From Terriglobia bacterium (lineage in GTDB: Bacteria; Acidobacteriota; Terriglobia; 20CM-2-55-15), in the NCBI GenBank assembly GCA_963664115.2, contig CAXWPJ010000005.1, positions 192,001 to 256,000 on the forward strand: a stretch of DNA of 64,000 bases, written 5' to 3'. Numbering within the stretch: the stretch's first letter is position 1; the number at the start of each line of letters is the position of its first letter. The position numbers were made by a program, and so were the translations under genes. Positions 19,440 to 29,681 of the stretch are shown here, in pieces. The notes under the pieces are model-generated. The model saw nothing but the letters and a program-made list of their open reading frames with translations, did not search any database and was not told where the DNA came from.

Positions 19440-21104
19440 GTGAAACATTTGAACTGGAAAACGACAGTGGCTCTTGTTCTGTTCGCAAGTTCCGTTGCTG
19501 CATCAATGGCTCATGCACAGGATCAGGCTCCGGATCTGGTTCTGTCCAACGGAAAGGTCGTTACTGTAGATGACCGCTTCACGATCGCAGAAGCGGTGGC
19601 TATCGGGGGCGAACGTATCGTGGGAGTCGGCACGAATCAGGAAGTCGCGCGACTGGCCGGGCCCAATACCCGAACGATCGATCTCGGAGGGCGTACCGTT
19701 ATTCCCGGCCTGATCGATAACCATGCTCACATCATGGAAGAAGGTCCGATCTGGCAGTTGGAACTGCGTCTGGATGGGGTGGAATCGCGGACCGAAGCGC
19801 TCGAGATGATACGCGGGCGGGCAATCGATCTGGGTCCGGGCGAATGGGTTTTCACACTGGGCGGTTGGGCGACGGATCAATTCACAGACGACGTGAGTCA
19901 TTTCACACGCGACGAGTTGGACCGGGTTGCTCCCGACAACCCGGTACTGTTGCAGTACACACGCTCCCACACTTATCTCAACAGCCGCGCTATAGAGGCC
20001 ATCGGGTTGAATGAGATGAACGCTCCATGGATCGTGCGCGATGATGGCGGAAGACCGACAGGCGTGATCGAAGCTGAGGGCATCAACCAAGTCGGACGAG
20101 CGCGTCCCGCGCCGCCAGAAGAATTGTTCGAATCCAGCAGCCTGGCAATGATCCGCGATATGAACCGAGCGGGTCTTACCACGGCCGGCGGTCCCTGCCC
20201 CGCGAACCTCATAGACAGGTTCCGGCAATTTGCAGATGAGGGTCGGCTCAATATGCGGTTCTTCTGTTTTCTGCCGACGGGAGCGTCCGGCACCCCAGCC
20301 CAGGTGGATCGCCTTCTGCCGCAGATCGCCGAGTTGAAACCGTTCCAGGGCGACAACTGGGTGGATCTGACCGCCTACGGAGAAAGCGTATACCGCCCGC
20401 TGCACGACAGCATGCTGGCACGCACAACCAATCCAACACCCGAGCAGCTTTTCCAGTGGCGACGCGTCGCGACTGAAGTTGCCCGTGCTGGATTACCGCT
20501 GCACGTACACGCCACGATCGAGAACACGATTACCGGATTTCTCGACCAGATCGAGCTGATTAACCAAGAGTACCCCATACGGAATCTGCGCTGGGCTTTG
20601 GCTCATGTTGACCAGGTGAACGCCTCACACATCGAGCGCATGAAGGATCTCGGGATGTACCTCGCGGTACATACGCGGCCGACCGTCATGGGCCAGATCT
20701 TCAACCGTGCGCATGGCGACCGTTCCTACGATATGCCGCCGCTGGCGCTCATCGAGAACAGCGGGATCGTGTGGGGCCTGGGAAGCGACACGTTCGAGGT
20801 GAATCAGTACCGGCCGTTCACGACCCTCTGGTGGGCTGTGACCGGGAAGATGGTAGGCGGCACCGAGGTCCTCAGGCAGACAATCGGCCGCGAAGAAGCC
20901 TTGATCGCCCACACGCGCGAAAATGCCTACCTGGTGTTTCAGGAAAACAATCTGGGTTCAATCCAACCCGGCAAGCTGGCGGATCTGCTAGTTCTGGACC
21001 GCGATTACCTGACGATTCCAGCCGACGAGATCAAGGACATCCAACCCCTGATGACGATTGTAGGAGGACGCATCGTCTACGACGCCGACGCTGATCAGGA
21101 CTGA
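19440..21104 (+). CDS. Exported amidohydrolase (Amidohydro_3/YtcJ-like)
   Basis: Own RBS and GTG start; signal peptide; IDLGGRTVIPGLIDNHAH; GSD; GSIQPGKLADL. Confidence 0.88.
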   Translation: MKHLNWKTTVALVLFASSVAASMAHAQDQAPDLVLSNGKVVTVDDRFTIAEAVAIGGERIVGVGTNQEVARLAGPNTRTIDLGGRTVIPGLIDNHAHIMEEGPIWQLELRLDGVESRTEALEMIRGRAIDLGPGEWVFTLGGWATDQFTDDVSHFTRDELDRVAPDNPVLLQYTRSHTYLNSRAIEAIGLNEMNAPWIVRDDGGRPTGVIEAEGINQVGRARPAPPEELFESSSLAMIRDMNRAGLTTAGGPCPANLIDRFRQFADEGRLNMRFFCFLPTGASGTPAQVDRLLPQIAELKPFQGDNWVDLTAYGESVYRPLHDSMLARTTNPTPEQLFQWRRVATEVARAGLPLHVHATIENTITGFLDQIELINQEYPIRNLRWALAHVDQVNASHIERMKDLGMYLAVHTRPTVMGQIFNRAHGDRSYDMPPLALIENSGIVWGLGSDTFEVNQYRPFTTLWWAVTGKMVGGTEVLRQTIGREEALIAHTRENAYLVFQENNLGSIQPGKLADLLVLDRDYLTIPADEIKDIQPLMTIVGGRIVYDADADQD

Positions 21105-21140
21105 TCGACCCAGGACCCGCCAATTGCAGAAAGGAAGCTC

Positions 21141-21197
21141 GTCACATCGCTCCTGAACTGGTTTGAAGAACTGAAGGAAGGTGTGCCCTTTCCGTGA
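21141..21197 (+). pseudogene. Kinase C-terminal stub
   Basis: Reads VTSLLNWFEELKEGVPFP*. Confidence 0.88.
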
Positions 21198-21321
21198 TTT
21201 CGAGTTCAAGGTGACAACGAATCATATTGTCGGTGGTTGAACATTGGATCGTTGATGGCAGAGTCAGCGGTTGATCCAGCCCTGGATCATTGTAATCAAG
21301 CAGACGACACGAGAGGTGGAG

Positions 21322-22341
21322 ATGAACATCAAGATTTGTCGCACCGCGGTTGCGCTCAACCTGCTCTGGCTGGCCACCATGGGATGTCAGGTGGAGGATC
21401 AAGCAGATGGAGCGGCTGGTTCGGATGCAGCGCGCACCACGGCCGTTCTGGCCGCAGGGCCTAACGCCGCCCTGTCACAGTTCGCTTTGCCCGACATCGA
21501 GATCCGTTCTGATCTTGAGTTGGGAACGTTGCCCGAGGGCTGGAGAACCGGCGGACCAGACTGCACCGACATGCCCCGCTGGCAGGTACACGCGTACAAC
21601 CCTGACTTCTATATCCTCCGACAGTCCGGCTGCATCCACTATGAGAAGCCCTTCCTGTACCTGATATTTGGTGAGGAGCGGGCCTTGCTTGAGGACACCG
21701 GTGCCGGTGATGCGGATACCGCGGCCCTCGTCCTGCCGCTCGTGGAGCAATGGTCTGAACGAAACGGCAAGGACAGCCCGATTCCCCTGACCGTCGTTCA
21801 CTCGCACTCTCACGGCGATCATGTGGCCGGTGATCGGGGGTTCGACAACCTTCCTGGTGTCGCAGTCGTGGCCGCTGCTGTCGGCGATATCCAAGTTGCC
21901 TTTGGAATTGAGAACTGGCCGTCGGATACGGGTCAGATTGATCTTGGCGACCGCGTGCTGGACGTGATTCCCATTCCGGGACACGACGGGGCGAGTATCG
22001 CGCTGTATGACCGGGCGACGGGGGTGCTCCTGACCGGAGACAGCCTCTACCCGGGCCGGCTCTACGTGGGCTACAACAACTTCCGCGCCTTCGTCGAGAG
22101 CAACCAGCGGCTCGTAGATTTCACCCGGGACCGACCCGTTGCCCACATCCTGGGCACGCACATCGAGCAGACTCGGACTCCTTTCGTTGACTATCCGCGG
22201 GGCACTCGATACCAGCCTGACGAACACACGCTCGAGATGTCGCGGGGATTGCTTCTCGAGTTGAACGGCGCACTCATTGACCTCAACGGAACGCCGGAAG
22301 AGGTCGCGTTGCGCGACCTCACGTTGTTCCCGATTCGGTAA
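21322..22341 (+). CDS. MBL-fold metallo-hydrolase, probable lipoprotein
   Basis: HSHGDH, PGH, TGD and lipobox-like MGC. Confidence 0.85.
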   Translation: MNIKICRTAVALNLLWLATMGCQVEDQADGAAGSDAARTTAVLAAGPNAALSQFALPDIEIRSDLELGTLPEGWRTGGPDCTDMPRWQVHAYNPDFYILRQSGCIHYEKPFLYLIFGEERALLEDTGAGDADTAALVLPLVEQWSERNGKDSPIPLTVVHSHSHGDHVAGDRGFDNLPGVAVVAAAVGDIQVAFGIENWPSDTGQIDLGDRVLDVIPIPGHDGASIALYDRATGVLLTGDSLYPGRLYVGYNNFRAFVESNQRLVDFTRDRPVAHILGTHIEQTRTPFVDYPRGTRYQPDEHTLEMSRGLLLELNGALIDLNGTPEEVALRDLTLFPIR

Positions 22342-22466
22342 GAGGCCTTGACCATCGTTGGGCCGATAGGCGTACACCTCTATTCCGGCGCCATGCAGTC
22401 CTAGGGTTCAGCCACGAGCCTCTAGCTGAGCGAATCAAGAAGACCGGATCCAGAACGAAAGCCATG

Positions 22467-22551
22467 CTCAAACCCTGACAAATCTTGTTGAGAATGGCTT
22501 GAAATACGGGGGTTTCCGAGTGTCCGGTTAGATCTTTTGCCAGGACTTGAG
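22467..22551. repeat. Junction palindrome of the kinase-shell family
   Basis: CTCAAACCCTGACAAA ... TTTGCCAGGACTTGAG, followed by the conserved promoter and leader. Confidence 0.8.
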
Positions 22552-22636
22552 AGTTTGGTTGCGTCTGACCCTCTCGTTTAATATCTTTTACGAAGATTTT
22601 TCACTGTTCGATACGCTACACATAGAGGTGACTCCG

Positions 22637-23617
22637 ATGAAAAGAGCTATGACATATGTGACGTTGGGGGCGGTGTGCGCTCTTCTGTCCTGCAGCGCCG
22701 CCCTTCCCCAGGAAGTGATTCCGACTGGAGGTCCGATTCCCGACATACGCGGATTCAACAGCCGGGTCAACGATCCCGAGGCGGTGGCGGCGATCGAGGT
22801 AATCGTCCGCCATGTTGCCGGCCAGGTGTACGTGATTGCCGGAGCAGGTGGAAACATGACGGTCATGGCGGGCGACGATGGGATATTCATCGTCGACACG
22901 AATTTCCCCGTCTTATACGACGAGATCATGACCTTGATCCGGCGAATCTCGGATGGACCCATCCGCTTCGTGGTCAATACGCACTCTCACGTGGACCACG
23001 CCGGCAACAACGAAAACTTTGCCCGGGAGGGCGCGGTGATCGTCACCCAGCCCAACCTGCGCAGGGCACTGATCGGAGACAGCAGCGGATCGGATCTTCC
23101 GGGCGGACTGCCTGTGATCACATCGACGGAACCGATGTCGTTTCACTTCAACGGAGAGGAAATCCTCTTCGTGCCCTTATTGCCCTCGCACACGGACGGC
23201 GATGCGGCCGTTTACTTCAGCGGATCCGACGTGTGGTCCTTTGGTGACGTGTATCGGACAGACTATCCGTCCCTGAATCCCGCCGTTGGCGGGACGATCG
23301 AGAATTTCAAAGATATTTACAGCATGGCGCTCGATATGACCACCCCAGAAACTATTTTCGTTCCCGGCCACGGCCAGCTCTCGCCCAGAGAGGAACTGAG
23401 CGGAGTACTGGAGGCCATAAATACGATTCACGAGCGTTTCCGCGACATGATAGCCCGGGGCATGACGCTCGAGGAGATCACCGAGGCGCGTCCGTCAAGA
23501 GAGTTCGATGCGCGTTTCTCCAGCGAATCCAAGTCGCCCACCACGGGCAATACGGTAGAGCGCGTTTACAGCCGTTTGTACGATGACGTTTCAAGGGAGC
23601 TGGCAGAACAACAGTAG
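22637..23617 (+). CDS. MBL-fold metallo-hydrolase (cyclase-like)
   Basis: NTHSHVDH.GNN, HTDGD and VPGHG. Confidence 0.87.
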   Translation: MKRAMTYVTLGAVCALLSCSAALPQEVIPTGGPIPDIRGFNSRVNDPEAVAAIEVIVRHVAGQVYVIAGAGGNMTVMAGDDGIFIVDTNFPVLYDEIMTLIRRISDGPIRFVVNTHSHVDHAGNNENFAREGAVIVTQPNLRRALIGDSSGSDLPGGLPVITSTEPMSFHFNGEEILFVPLLPSHTDGDAAVYFSGSDVWSFGDVYRTDYPSLNPAVGGTIENFKDIYSMALDMTTPETIFVPGHGQLSPREELSGVLEAINTIHERFRDMIARGMTLEEITEARPSREFDARFSSESKSPTTGNTVERVYSRLYDDVSRELAEQQ

Positions 23618-23643
23618 AAGAACAGCAAGGGACTGCGCCCTAG

Positions 23644-25111
23644 TACTACTGTGTTATAAACGGAGTGGCCCACAGAACGGACAGCACGGGAGCTGCTGGA
23701 TGAGGAATCGTGCGATGCGAACGCGAAGTGTGGCAATCGAGCACGGATTATGTCGCTCGGGCCGGATCCGGGGCTCCGCGGGGTTTGAAGTGTCTGGGGA
23801 GTTGGGGGACGGATAGTCCAACATGCGTGACAAATGCAGAGGGGGAAAAACGGTTCCGCTCAGCGACCAGGAACCCATAAGCTGCGATGCATAAAGCGCC
23901 ATGGTGGTGAAATCCACGCCAGCCGCGACCTTCGTAATGGCCCAGTCCGAGTTCCTGCTTGAGTTCCTGATAGTCGCGTTCGATGATCCAGCGATGCTTG
24001 GCCCGATAGACCAGATTTGAAAGAGAGGTATTGGTCCCGAGACTGGAGAGCCAGTATTGAACCGGTTCGGATTCGGTCTTGGGCCATTCGATCAACAACC
24101 ATTCTTCCGGATGGGGCTCGTGGCGCTCATGATCGCGATGAGCCGTGCGAATCCGGATTGCGGCGAAGCGGGAGCGCAACGTGTCGGCCGTGCCTTCGCG
24201 CCAGGACACGTTCTTCCATTTTTGTCGAGGCAAGGAGAGAGCCAGTTGTTTGACCGAAACAGGACGATGCTTCTTGTGACGCCTCAACAGCGTCGGCGGG
24301 CGCCCCTGGCCGGTCCACGACTTCTTGGGCAGGGGTTGCCGACCGGGCTCCCAGACCGAGGTCGAGGATTGGATGCCAACCACATAAGGCAGCCCCAGTG
24401 CGGTAATCGTCGCGCGAAACTTACTGTCGTTGCCGTAGGCGGCATCGGCCAACACGGGAGCCGTCCCCACACCGTCCGCAATCGCCTGTCGGATTTGGTC
24501 CAGAGCAATCGCAATCTTGGTCTGGAATCCAACCGCGTCGGGGACACCGGTCTTCTTGCGGCGTTCGGCATCGTTCGCCCAAAGCTTCGGCAGGTACAGC
24601 CGCCATGCCACGGGCAGACTCGATTTCGCCGTCGCTACCGACAGACTGACCGCCACCCGGCAGTTCTCCTGCTTGCCGACCTGTCCACAGTATTGCCGGG
24701 CCACACCTACCGAGTGGGTCCCCTTCTTCACGAATCCGGTGTCGTCGACAATCCACGATTCAATCGGACCGTGCGCTTCCATCCCCGGCAACGTCGACTC
24801 CCGGACTTGTCGCAATATGGCCGCATCCTCCCAGGGGGCATCCGCCACCAGGTGATGCAACGACTGATGCATTCGGCGCACATTATCCGGAGCCAATCGC
24901 GCCGCCATCGGCTCCACGCTCTTGCGCTTGATTGGCAGCAGCAATCCCTTGCAGTACCACTTCAGCGGTTCATGACGGTCGGCGTGTCCGGCGGCCGACG
25001 CCAGGCGTTCCATATAGGCCGCAAAACGTTCTTCCTGAGTGCCTGGCGCCTTCGTTTTGGCGCTCATGTGCAAATGCTAACACAAGCTCGTCATTTTGTA
25101 ACACAGTAGTA
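23644..25111 (-). mobile_element. IS701-family element copy A
   Basis: Inverted repeats TACTACTGTGTTAYAAA with a CTAG duplication. Confidence 0.93.
23748..25073 (-). CDS. IS701-family transposase
   Basis: RKSVEPMA, VDDTGF.KKG.HSVGV.RQY.G..GK..NC, ADAAYG and RW.IE..Y.ELK.ELGL. Confidence 0.95.
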   Translation of the reverse strand: MHMSAKTKAPGTQEERFAAYMERLASAAGHADRHEPLKWYCKGLLLPIKRKSVEPMAARLAPDNVRRMHQSLHHLVADAPWEDAAILRQVRESTLPGMEAHGPIESWIVDDTGFVKKGTHSVGVARQYCGQVGKQENCRVAVSLSVATAKSSLPVAWRLYLPKLWANDAERRKKTGVPDAVGFQTKIAIALDQIRQAIADGVGTAPVLADAAYGNDSKFRATITALGLPYVVGIQSSTSVWEPGRQPLPKKSWTGQGRPPTLLRRHKKHRPVSVKQLALSLPRQKWKNVSWREGTADTLRSRFAAIRIRTAHRDHERHEPHPEEWLLIEWPKTESEPVQYWLSSLGTNTSLSNLVYRAKHRWIIERDYQELKQELGLGHYEGRGWRGFHHHGALCIAAYGFLVAERNRFSPSAFVTHVGLSVPQLPRHFKPRGAPDPARAT

Positions 25112-25157
25112 CTAGCAGCCCGTGGCAGAAGTCTCGAGGACCGAGCACGCAGCCGGC

Positions 25158-25550
25158 TCAGTAACTCGAAGTCCCTGAGAGTTCCTCCAGCCGGCTGCGA
25201 AAGCGACCCGACCGCATCGTCCTCAGTCCAAGAGACTGCAGACGGTCGCTTAATTCCCTGTCTGAAGTGACGGCAAGTACTTGTTCGGGTTCAGTCACAT
25301 CCTGTGCCAACTCGACAATGCGTTCATCCGCATCCGATCCGGGACGCGCGAAGTAAACTTTGACGCCGTCCACCTCACCCCCGTCACGGATCCCGTCCAG
25401 GGGTTTACCATCAAACACAACCGTCACGACCATGCCCTGCTGCCGGGTCATTGCAGCAAGCTCCAGAAGTAGCCGTCGCTGGGCCGCCGGTTTGTCGCGG
25501 TGCCAACCGACACGCTGGCCCATTACGTTGTTGCCGTCTACCAGGACCAT
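25158..25550 (-). CDS. NYN/YacP-like PIN-fold nuclease
   Basis: VDGNN, VFDG, ADE.I and VTSDREL. Confidence 0.85.
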   Translation of the reverse strand: MVLVDGNNVMGQRVGWHRDKPAAQRRLLLELAAMTRQQGMVVTVVFDGKPLDGIRDGGEVDGVKVYFARPGSDADERIVELAQDVTEPEQVLAVTSDRELSDRLQSLGLRTMRSGRFRSRLEELSGTSSY

Positions 25551-25739
25551 GCGGCGATTGTACGCTGGAACAGCGTGTCCCAGGGAGTTCCGGATGACCT
25601 AACATGTTCACTGCACAGCAGAATATTATTGATCGATCCATGGATTAAAGAAGAGAGAACTCCTCGGTTGTAAGCGCTGACCTGTAAATTGAACTATCAT
25701 AATTCACGACTTCGCCTTCAGCGCTCGCATCCAAATAAA

Positions 25740-26990
25740 ATGGCAAAACTGAAAAACAGATGGCTCATCGCTGCTTCGGCAGTTGGCATTCACATATCCA
25801 TTGGTTCTGTTTACGCGTATAGCGTAATGACCAATCCCATCAACGCGCTTCTGGGCTGGGAACCGAGTGATGTGACGACCGCTTTCAGCGTGGCCATTTT
25901 ATTTTTGGGTCTGTCGGCCGCCTTTCTGGGTTTCTTAGTCGAGACCAGAGGGCCTCGATGGTCAGGACGCATGGCAGCGTGTTGCTATGGCCTGGGAATT
26001 ATAGGCACAGGTGTCGCCATCCACCTTGCATCTCTGTGGATGTTTATCTTCTCTTACGGCGCTTTAGGAGGCATTGGTCTGGGGATTGGCTATATCACTC
26101 CCGTTTCTACACTTGTGAAATGGTTTCCCTATCGCCGCGGTCTGGCTACGGGGATGGCCATCATGGGGTTCGGCTTTGCCTCGTTGATTTTTGGTCCCTT
26201 GATGGCCTATTTATTTGATCTTATCGGGCTTTCGAACACCTTCTATGTATTGGGTTGTGTGTATTTTGCAATCATGTTTTCTTCGGCGAGCTATCTCGAA
26301 GCCCCACCGGAGGATTGGGACCCCGCACCTCCTGTTGATAAGGAAAACAAAGCGGCCGCCCGACGCAATAAACCCCAGGATCTGGCGCAACTCACAGCCC
26401 GGGAAGCACTCTTTACGATTCGCTTTTACTTCATGTGGCTGATGTTATTTATCAATGTGACCTGTGGGATCGCCTTGATTTCGGTTGCCTCGCCAATGGC
26501 GCAGGACGTAGCGGGCATGACCGCCCTGGGGGCGGCTTCGATGGTCGGATTGATGGGCTTGTTCAATGGCTTAGGTCGAATCGGATGGGCATCCTTCTCG
26601 GACATCATCGGACGGCCGATTACATATTCCTTGTTCTTCGTTATTCAAATTGTCGCCTTCGTAGTCCTGGCACAAACGACCAACGCGGGCGTCTTTCAAC
26701 TTATGGTTTATGTCATTTTGCTCTGTTACGGCGGTGGTTTTGCCACGGTTCCCGCTTATCTGGGTGACATGTTTAGCGCCAAAGAATTGAGTGCCGTTCA
26801 TGGCAATACCCTGACCGCATGGGCCGCGGCCGGCCTGGCGGGTCCGATGATTGTTTCCCGTGTGCGGGAAGCGACAGGCAGCTATTCCGGCACGCTTTAT
26901 TTCTTCTCTGTCTTGTTTGCAGTCGCACTCATCGTTTCTATTCTCGCCAAAATGAACATCTCTAAACTAAGCGCCTTGAAATCGACTTGA
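25740..26990 (+). CDS. Oxalate/formate antiporter (OFA) family MFS transporter
   Basis: IGSVYA.S, GYITPVSTLVKWFP.RRGLATG.AIMGFG and YGGGF. Confidence 0.88.
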   Translation: MAKLKNRWLIAASAVGIHISIGSVYAYSVMTNPINALLGWEPSDVTTAFSVAILFLGLSAAFLGFLVETRGPRWSGRMAACCYGLGIIGTGVAIHLASLWMFIFSYGALGGIGLGIGYITPVSTLVKWFPYRRGLATGMAIMGFGFASLIFGPLMAYLFDLIGLSNTFYVLGCVYFAIMFSSASYLEAPPEDWDPAPPVDKENKAAARRNKPQDLAQLTAREALFTIRFYFMWLMLFINVTCGIALISVASPMAQDVAGMTALGAASMVGLMGLFNGLGRIGWASFSDIIGRPITYSLFFVIQIVAFVVLAQTTNAGVFQLMVYVILLCYGGGFATVPAYLGDMFSAKELSAVHGNTLTAWAAAGLAGPMIVSRVREATGSYSGTLYFFSVLFAVALIVSILAKMNISKLSALKST

Positions 26991-27193
26991 GGTCAAACGA
27001 GATCAAAAGGACTGCACGCATCAAATCAGCCGGTACTGTCGACTCCGGGGCCACGGGCTGCTAGGGCCAGGCAGTTTCCGAATCGCCCTCCGTGGGTTAG
27101 AATTGGAGTTTCGCCCTGATGGGTCCCGGCCTCGCCGGGGCGGTCGGGAACGCATAACTACAACATCGTTAGAACGATAAGAAGAGGATAGTC

Positions 27194-28441
27194 ATGGGAA
27201 AAGCTCTGGAGGGTGTTCGGATCCTGGATATGACACACGTGCAGTCGGGACCGACCTGCACCCAGATTCTGGCGTGGTTCGGTGCCGACGTCATCAAGAT
27301 CGAGCGGCCGGGTGCGGGCGATGCCACGCGCGGCCAGCTGAGGGACATTCCTGACGTCGACAGCCTCTACTTCACGATGCTGAACGCCAACAAGCGCAGC
27401 GTGACGCTGAACCCCAAGACCGAAGCAGGCAACAAGATATTCGCGAAGCTGATCGAAAAATGCGACGTGATGGTGGAAAACTTCGCACCGGGAGCCATCG
27501 ATCGTATGGGCTTTCCGTGGGAGAAAATCCAGGAAATCAATCCCCGTATGATCTACGCATCCGTAAAGGGATTCGGTCCCGGGCCATTCGAGGATTGCAA
27601 GGTGTACGAAAACGTCGCCCAGTGCACGGGTGGGGCGGCGTCGACAACCGGCGAGATCGACCGTGTGCCCTTGGTCACCGGTGCACAGATCGGCGACTCG
27701 GGTACGGGCATACATCTGGTCGCGGGCATTCTGGCCGCCCTGCTGCATCGCGAGAAGAGCGGGCGCGGCCAACGCGTGGTCTGCGCCATGCAGGATGCGG
27801 TGCTGAACCTCTGCCGGGTGAAACTGCGCGACCAGCAGCGGCTGAAGCACGGACCCTTGAAGGAATACCCGCAATACCCCAACGGCACGTTCGGAGACGC
27901 GGTACCGCGCGCGGGAAACGCATCCGGTGGAGGCCACCCGGGCTGGGTCGTCAAGTGCAAGGGCTGGGAGACCGATCCGGACGCCTACACCTACGTGATC
28001 ACGCAGGCACAGGCCTTCCCGGCACTAGCCAAGGTGATCGGTCATGAGAACTGGCTGGAGGATCCGGACTTCAACACGCCTGAGGCACGCACCCCAAGAA
28101 TGGACCACGTGTTCGCGGAAATCGAAAAGTGGACCATGACCATGGATAAGATGGAGGTGATGTCCACCCTCAATGCCCTGAATGTGCCCTGTGGCCCTAT
28201 CCTTTCAATGGAAGAACTGGCCGTGGAGCCGGCCTTGCGGGCCACCGGCACGGTTGTGGAAGTGGACCATCCGGAGCGCGGCAAGTATCTCACCGTCGGC
28301 AGCCCGATCAAGCTGTCGGATTCACCCGCCGATGTCCAGCGCGCACCTTTGCTGGGCGAACACACCGACGAAGTCCTCAGGACCGTCCTGGACCTGGACG
28401 ACAAAGACATCGAAGCCGCTCGCGAGCAGGGCGCGATCTAA
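27194..28441 (+). CDS. frc: Formyl-CoA:oxalate CoA-transferase
   Basis: [41 protein letters not shown] and GNASGGG.PG. Confidence 0.93.
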   Translation: MGKALEGVRILDMTHVQSGPTCTQILAWFGADVIKIERPGAGDATRGQLRDIPDVDSLYFTMLNANKRSVTLNPKTEAGNKIFAKLIEKCDVMVENFAPGAIDRMGFPWEKIQEINPRMIYASVKGFGPGPFEDCKVYENVAQCTGGAASTTGEIDRVPLVTGAQIGDSGTGIHLVAGILAALLHREKSGRGQRVVCAMQDAVLNLCRVKLRDQQRLKHGPLKEYPQYPNGTFGDAVPRAGNASGGGHPGWVVKCKGWETDPDAYTYVITQAQAFPALAKVIGHENWLEDPDFNTPEARTPRMDHVFAEIEKWTMTMDKMEVMSTLNALNVPCGPILSMEELAVEPALRATGTVVEVDHPERGKYLTVGSPIKLSDSPADVQRAPLLGEHTDEVLRTVLDLDDKDIEAAREQGAI

Positions 28442-28459
28442 ACCGGGGAGACTCTAGTT

Positions 28460-29521
28460 TTGAAATACAAGGTACTTATTCTGGGCGCCTCCTACGGCTC
28501 ACTGTTCAGCACCAAGCTGTTGATGGCGGGTCACAGTGCGACCCTGGTCTGCACCAAACCCACTGCCGAGTTGATCAACAACGAAGGGACCGTAGTGCGT
28601 TTCCCTGTTCGTGGGCGGGATTCACTGGTTGAGGTTTCATCGAACGGGCTGGGGGGCACACTTTCCGCGACCCCGCCCGATGGCGTCGACCCGGGCCAAT
28701 TCGACCTGGTCGTTCTGGGGATGCAGGAAGCCCAGTATGGATCCACGGGCGTCAAGGAACTGATGGTCCGTGTGGCGGCGGCGCGCGTGCCGGCTCTGGC
28801 GATCATGAACATGCCGCCACTGCCCTATCTGGAACGGATTCCCGGACTTTCGACCGAGACACTCAAGTCATGCTACGCGGACCCCTCCGTCTGGGAAGGA
28901 TTCGAGCCCGGCCTGACCTCGCTGGCGAGTCCCGATCCCCAGGCGTTTCGCCCTCCGAACGAGCCAAAGAATGTACTCCAGGTGGGTCTGCCCACCAACT
29001 TCAAGGCCGCCCGCTTTGGGGACGAAGCACCCACCGACATTCTTCGGAACCTGGAAACCGATATCGCAGCTGCGCGCTTCGATCCGGGTGATGGCGCAAT
29101 CGAAATTCCTGTGAAGCTCAAGGTGCACGAATCCATCTTCGTGCCGCTGGCCAAGTGGCCCATGTTGGTCGCCGGCAACTACCGTTGCATCAAGGCCGAA
29201 GAAATGATCCCGATCCGGGACGCGGTGCACGGGAGCGTGGACAAGTCGAGAGAGGTTTACAGCTGGGTGTGGAAACTCTGTACCGGCTTGGGAGCCGGGG
29301 ACGGAGACCTCGTGCCTTTCGAGAAATACGCCAAGGCGGCCGAAGGCCTGGCCAGTCCGTCTTCCGCGGCACGCGCGCTGTTTGGCGGAGCGGAACACAT
29401 CGAACGCGTCGACTGCCTGGTTCGACGGATTGCCCAAGGGCAGGGACAGCAGTCGGACACGCTGGATGAGATCGTTCGGTTGGTGGACGCCCGGCTTGGA
29501 AAGAATCGCGCGGCAGGCTGA
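28460..29521 (+). CDS. Rossmann-fold protein, distantly ketopantoate-reductase-like, function unknown
   Basis: N-terminal ILGASYG; lies 18 bp after frc. Confidence 0.7.
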   Translation: MKYKVLILGASYGSLFSTKLLMAGHSATLVCTKPTAELINNEGTVVRFPVRGRDSLVEVSSNGLGGTLSATPPDGVDPGQFDLVVLGMQEAQYGSTGVKELMVRVAAARVPALAIMNMPPLPYLERIPGLSTETLKSCYADPSVWEGFEPGLTSLASPDPQAFRPPNEPKNVLQVGLPTNFKAARFGDEAPTDILRNLETDIAAARFDPGDGAIEIPVKLKVHESIFVPLAKWPMLVAGNYRCIKAEEMIPIRDAVHGSVDKSREVYSWVWKLCTGLGAGDGDLVPFEKYAKAAEGLASPSSAARALFGGAEHIERVDCLVRRIAQGQGQQSDTLDEIVRLVDARLGKNRAAG

Positions 29522-29681
29522 AGGCGCCAGCTTACCGGCCCTCGAACTCGAACGTGTCGGAGTAGAGACCCCGTATACGCGTGCGGTTTACGCTACGGCG
29601 AAACTACTCGTCCAACGAAGACAGTGAATTGGAATCTCATCCCCGGTTTCGGCAAACCATCTGTTAAAATCCGCAAAGAAA

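Noticed and set aside
8200-22560. Classical integron with attC sites
   Set aside because: No intI in the window and the palindromes lack RYYYAAC/GTTRRRY cores. Reported instead as a distinct element.
1-23600. Diversity-generating retroelement as the source of the stubs
   Set aside because: No reverse transcriptase is present, and differences among stubs are not adenine-specific.
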